Part shown: in pieces, positions 58,394 to 64,000 of the stretch
How positions within the stretch are numbered: the stretch's first letter is position 1
Layout of the letters: the number at the start of each line of letters is the position of its first letter
Assembly (NCBI GenBank): GCA_964187785.1
Contig: OZ076409.1
Span: forward strand, 17,858,001 to 17,922,000
Direction: 5' to 3'
From: Amphiscolops sp. MND2022
Taxonomy: Eukaryota
Length of the DNA: 64,000 nucleotides
Made by a program: the position numbers and the translations under genes
The notes under the pieces: generated by a model
What the model was told of the DNA's origin: nothing
What the model saw: only the letters and a program-made list of their open reading frames with translations
The model's database searches: none

Positions 58394-61300
58394 CTGAAAG
58401 AAGGGAATTACATCAAAAACGCAATCATATGTTTCTAATAGTTTGTCACCTCTTATGAACTAGAAAATTTTTGAATCAGTTCGTGTCTTACCTTCCTTAC
58501 TCGAGTAAACTTAATCGCTGATTTTCAATGTTCGAATAATGAAAATGAGGTGTACAGTTGTATTAAATTGAAAATGGAGCTATTTTTGTATATCGGTTCA
58601 CATGTATCTCATTTTATTGTCGATGAAAGAGCATTACACCCATAAAATCGATGACAATTTTACTCGGCAGGAGGAACCTATGGCCTCACATGGTTTTGCA
58701 GAACAGTTGAAAAAGTATCAATGACTCGAAGGATGGACCCTTTAGGCCATTTGAATTCTCCTTGGATCTTTGGTGGATATTATGATAGTCTAGTGGGTTT
58801 CCAAAATACTCAGTCTGAAACATTAAACACTGTCAATAGTCATGCTGAGTTATACTAGTACCGGTTTCTGATGTAACGAATTATGAGTATGATTATATTT
58901 CGTCACGCCAGGAAGAGGACTAACCAGTGTCGAATTTTTGTCGTACTTTTTCAGTCCAATTACAATGATGAGAAATTTGGTCAACGCTTCCACAGAAAGT
59001 CAAGACTTGGTGATGTTTTTTTAAAGTTCTTCAACTTTTTCGAGTTATATAATCTTTGAATTCAACTTACTTTCTTCTTGAAGTCGGGGAGTAAAATAAA
59101 GGGCAAAAGGCAGTGACCTTTTCTAATTTATCTTAATTCGCCAGATCATCTCCTGGAATTAGAGCTTCATGAGAATTTTTTCAATTTCGCATCTGAGCTT
59201 TACTGAGAGTCTTAAGAATTTGCTTTTCATCTTGAAGAACAGGTATCTCGTAAGCGTGCACGAAAAACTCGCTCTGACCCTTAGGCCCGTTCGAAAACTG
59301 CCGAGAAGCTGACATTTTTATAGCAAGACCAACACAAAACGCAAGAGACTTTTCAAGGAATAAACAGGTTTGCCCTTACATGCTCAGTCTGTTACTACTC
59401 GTTAGAAAAAGTGGCCATTGACGTGCTAATGTTATTGCAAAATCTTCGAACTTTTTGTCATTTTAATGAATTTCTTTTTTTCACGAGGACGGGAATATAC
59501 TTCACCTTTGCCGGTTCTTTTGGGGTTCATTGCAGATCCACGCCTCATTACCCAGCTGGAGGAAAAAGGTTATTCCAAACCTCCAGTGTTTCAACACAAA
59601 AAGCAACGGGCGTATTTAAGCTGAAATGCCTCCATATATCTGAAAACTAGTTCACTCATAATTGTAAACTTGCAATTATTTTTAACAAGACCTATTTCGT
59701 GATAAGGGCATTACTTTTTGTTAGTCTATAACAATTACGAGAATAACATTAAAAGCTCGGACTAATTGGGCTTTTAGTCGGTGCGTCAGTGAAACGCGAC
59801 TATAATAGTGACACTTATTTTTCAGTCTACACAATTTGACCGAAAAAGATCTCACCAACAATTCTACACATTTTGAGAGGCCAAATTGCACTATTTGGCC
59901 CATTGAACTGAACAATAAGAGTTGTTCTTTTTTTGACGTAATGTACAGAACCGAACGAGAGAGAAAGATACCCTTTCGAATTTTGTTCGGCACTGTGTGA
60001 CTTTCTGTGAAACCTTTTTCACGTCTCTACTGGTAAAAAGTCGCTCTACTTTTTGGCTTTTTTTGCTACAAACTGGAGGTTACAAAAGCCCAAAACTGTC
60101 AATTCAAAAACATTTGGCAATATGAGACTGTTTCAAAATTATAAGTTACCCTCTGAAACAGACTTACGACGCATAACCCTACACTTTTAGTGTGGCTCAA
60201 AGTTGAGTCGTTTGAGCAGTGGATTCCTGGGCCAAGCTTTATAACATGCACACTGCAAAGAGCGGAATTCGTCGCGCGGAATTCAGGGACTAATACCGCA
60301 GTGTTAAAATTCTCGCGTTTCCAGTTGTGGATAACTCAATATACATCTTCAAAAAATTCCAACAATTTCCGAAGTTTCGAGGTTACTTCCGAAGTAAGTT
60401 GCGTTTCACTAAAGAGGATGTTGAGGTTCGAAAATACTGAGCTATATCGGATTATTAGACGTGATATCAAAACTATATAGCGTGTCAATAGGGAGGAGGA
60501 TAAGCGCTTCCATGTGTTGCTGCATTCTAATTAACCGGAAATGGAAGATTGAGACGAAGCGGAGGATTTCGCGCAAAAACCTTAGCTCGCTAGGGGCCCG
60601 CACCAGCCAGCCCCCATCCAGCAGTTAGAGTTTAATTCAAAAACCCTGTTTGTTTTTTTCGAACGCCTTTTAAATAGTTTGTCAGACTCGCATAGTTTAC
60701 ATATGGCGGTTTGAAGGTTTTGGAACCAAATTTATGAATGGCTTCAGAAAATTCCTCGTCCACTTAGGGTTACACACTGAAGACTTCAAATGTTACTCAA
60801 GTGTAAATTTAAACTTCTCCGTGCCTGAAGTTTTCAGAGTTTTAGTATACGGACTGTTCTTGACACTGTAAGATGGCTGGCTATGCAGCTTTCAGCGCAT
60901 GAAACACCCATATGGTTCGGAAGGCAGCGCTTCCAGTTGATCCAGCACGCTATATCCGAACGTTTGACGTTCTATCCGAAAATAATTTGCATTCTACTGA
61001 AGAGGAGGCGGTGATTCCCAAATTTTGCGCTTCAGGTATTGCGCAATTGAATCTTGTTTGTTAATGCCACCCAACCTACTTCCAGAAGAATTATCTGTCC
61101 CCTAATATTACGACAAAAAAGCCATTTAGGTAAAACTAAATTTTGAAGCGGAGTGCTCGCATGTTTGCACAATATTGTGAACAGAAAATAGTAGTCATGT
61201 TAATGAGAATTGAACAGCTTCGTTTCACGCTTGTGTGAACAAGAAAAAACGATCGCTGGTTTGAAACGAAAATGAAGTTTGTCACTTACGCTGCATGAAC

Positions 61301-62874
61301 AACTTGAACCTCAAAAACAGTTTTCACTTCTGACAAACTGGGCACCACGTGAAATGGCTCTGTCCAAAATGATTACCGACACGATCACTTTGTTTTGAAG
61401 CTTTGACTTCTCAACTACAACAAATTTGTGGGAGGCATTAGCAAACAAGATCCGCGCATTTTTCGACGTTTGGTTTGTTTCATTTAACTTTTCTACCTTA
61501 TTTCAGGAAAACGCATTGCACAGTTCAATCAGAGAAGATACAAAAGTTCAATAACGACTAGATGCAAATTTGGTCGTACTTCCTGGTAAGATCTGATTAA
61601 ATTTGGACGTAAGGTCGCAGGTAGAGCCTTTTTATCAAAATGGCCATTATGGAAAAAGGCTAATATCATATTTCAAATTGAAAAAAGAATTCGTGGCTCT
61701 GCTTGTTGTCGACGCTTTTCCGTTAATAAAAAAAGCCTGAATATTGCAGTGACTAATTTTTTGTCAGCCTCACTCTGAATGGTTCAGTTTTTGTGCACTT
61801 TCAGACTTTGACCATAAAATTTTCGTAGTTGTTTTTGAACGTATCCAAAGCCTCTAACAAGAAATACAAAACCATTCCAAAGCAGAAGAGTCCCTGTTTA
61901 CACTTTTTTGGCACTATAAGACTTTCTCCCTTTTTTCGGTTTTGTGAGGCTTTTCCGAAAATTTTTAAATGTATCCAAAGGTTCCCCCTTTCTTTTTTGA
62001 TATTTTGCAACAGAATGGATGTTCTGCTAACTACCAGCTGGCATTTTTTGTGCAGAGCAAATTCGAAGATTGTCGTAAAATTCAAAAGGGGACTTTTAAG
62101 GATATAAAATAGTAATTATTTGGAACTGAAAACGTCTAATATTTTTGCGCGAAAATCCGTTAACAGTTTAAATAGATGACAGTGCCAAAATGGTACACTT
62201 GAGACAAGTTTTTGGCCGTTTTATGGGGTATCTGCCGTTTTTTGGGTATGAGCTTCCACAGAGCTCCAAAACAAAACAAGTAAATTTTTAGCATACTCTT
62301 GTAGGGAGGAATAATTTCCCGAAAGGGATAAAGTAAACCTAAAAGAGTCAAATATTTTCCCATTTTCTTCACTTTATTGACTATTTTACAAGTTCGAAGT
62401 GTATTGGCTACGCTCGAGCCTTAAATGATGCTGTTGATGAAATTATTGGAGGCGGAAAATATCACGTTGCTCAGTGGGCGTCTGGGAATTACTAGAGTTA
62501 TGCTATTTAAACTTGACTATTCTCAGTTTCAAAAAACTTTTCATTCTTTAGTCGATGCTCGATGCTGGTTTCAAAGGTTCACAACTAGAATAGCATTGTC
62601 GTAAAAAAGTGATTGCGCCCGTTCATCCGATGAAACGTGACTCACGATTGATTGCAAGGTCTTCTCATGGGTGTTTCTTGGATAGTTTCCATGACAACTA
62701 ACCAAATTTAGTTTGAAATCTTGGCTGGAGGTATTTCGAGTGCTAATGTGATGACTTTGTAATGCAAAAAAAAGCATGAACATTGAATTTCATTTCCAAT
62801 ATAAGCAATATATTCACGGACATCTGTGCTTCCTTCTCAACACAAAGCCCGCAGAATTTTGACTTGTTACTTAC

Positions 62875-63168
62875 TTGTGCATTGTGTAACGGCGGTTCCA
62901 GAGATGGTTGCCCAAGGTGTGGCGGCCCCAGCTGTTCTGTACTGAGCCACGATGGTATACGTGAATTCAGTTTGGCTTGCCAGACTCTGGTCATGAAAGA
63001 AGAGTTGTTCGCTGGTAACTGAAGCGGCATCTACTATGTCCGTAGTGTCCCTAGTGACAGTTATTTTCACACTGGGGTCAGCTGCCGTGTCATCTGCATC
63101 CACTCCATACTGCACTATTATAGAAGTTGGCCCAACTGCTTTTGCATTCAAAGTAGGTGCTTTGGGTG
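62875..63168 (-). CDS. Host FN3-repeat protein exon
   Basis: ttag|...|gtaagt, phase 1-1; APKAPTLNAKAVGPTSIIVQY..LASQTEFTYTIVAQY..QCT. Confidence 0.85.
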
Positions 63169-64000
63169 CTAAAAACAAATGGAAGGCATATAAATTTCCG
63201 AAATAATCCTGAGCCGAATGTGAGTTAACACAATAATACTTCCGTTTCGCTACCTTACTTTTAAACGTATGCATGACTGATTTTCAGTTGATTCCACGAA
63301 GTGTCGAGAGTCAGCCAACATATGTTGTGCATGAGTTGAAATAAAATCTAGTGTTTCAATTTCCAAGAGGAGGTAAGGTGTATCTGGAATGATTGCGCAT
63401 CTTAATAGGAAAAATGTTGGAGAAAATAAAAATTGGGAAGGTCTGAAACAACACTTGAACGAAGAAAAAAATTTGAATTTATAAAATTATAGTAAAAAGT
63501 AATACCCAGTATAGGAAACGTCATAAATTTCATTCAATGAACCAACAGTCTGATCAATAGTTTGAACAAAAGTATGAAAACAAACGTGAAAAGTCAGGAA
63601 GTAAAGTTGAAAATAGTTTAGAGTTCATGTTGAGTCAATGTTGTGAATCATCATTGACATGCTCCAGCCCCCCAAGCTGCAGGGAGAAGAGAGGAGAGGT
63701 GAGGGCGGACCGGGAAAATCTCTCCGAAAATGAGTCGTGGCGAAAGACCCGTCACAGGGCGAAAACGCGGGAAAGGGAGACGGCGGGTCGCTCGAAAGAT
63801 CCGTAAGCTGTCTTTCCAGAACACACTCGGGTCTGTCCATCTCGCCCAGGGAAAACAACTTCCACTCGCCCAATAGGCCAAATCCCACGAGGAGTGAAGT
63901 CTCGAAGCACCCACACTAGTTCTCCAACAGTGATTGGTGGTAGTTGAATGTCCCAATTGGACCGGTGGTGCAGAGTGGGAATGTATTCAGTTAGCAGTCT

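Overview
AT-rich eukaryotic, probably invertebrate animal, genomic DNA. The window lies almost entirely inside one large minus-strand host gene. I traced 13 phase-compatible GT-AG exons between 63168 and 2159 (~3.2 kb coding). They encode about 10 fibronectin type III (FN3) repeats, one of which appears to carry two nested fibronectin type II-like modules. The introns are packed with mobile DNA. The main feature is a very young 18,457-bp Ty3/gypsy LTR element (7371-25827; 268-bp LTRs with 1 mismatch; CTTG target-site duplication, TSD) organised like a complex retrovirus. It has a 7-unit repeat array in the leader, two small upstream ORFs (one a TM peptide), a very long gag-pol, a 489-codon Met-less ORF with late-domain-like motifs, an intact class III (gB/chuvirus-type) envelope ORF, and further accessory ORFs with splice signals after env. 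Also present: an RT-deleted Ty1/copia element with a half-tRNA-type PBS, three decayed gypsy copies, Helentron-type non-autonomous repeats, TIR/foldback elements and local tandem duplications. All calls come from reading motifs by eye; no database searches were run.
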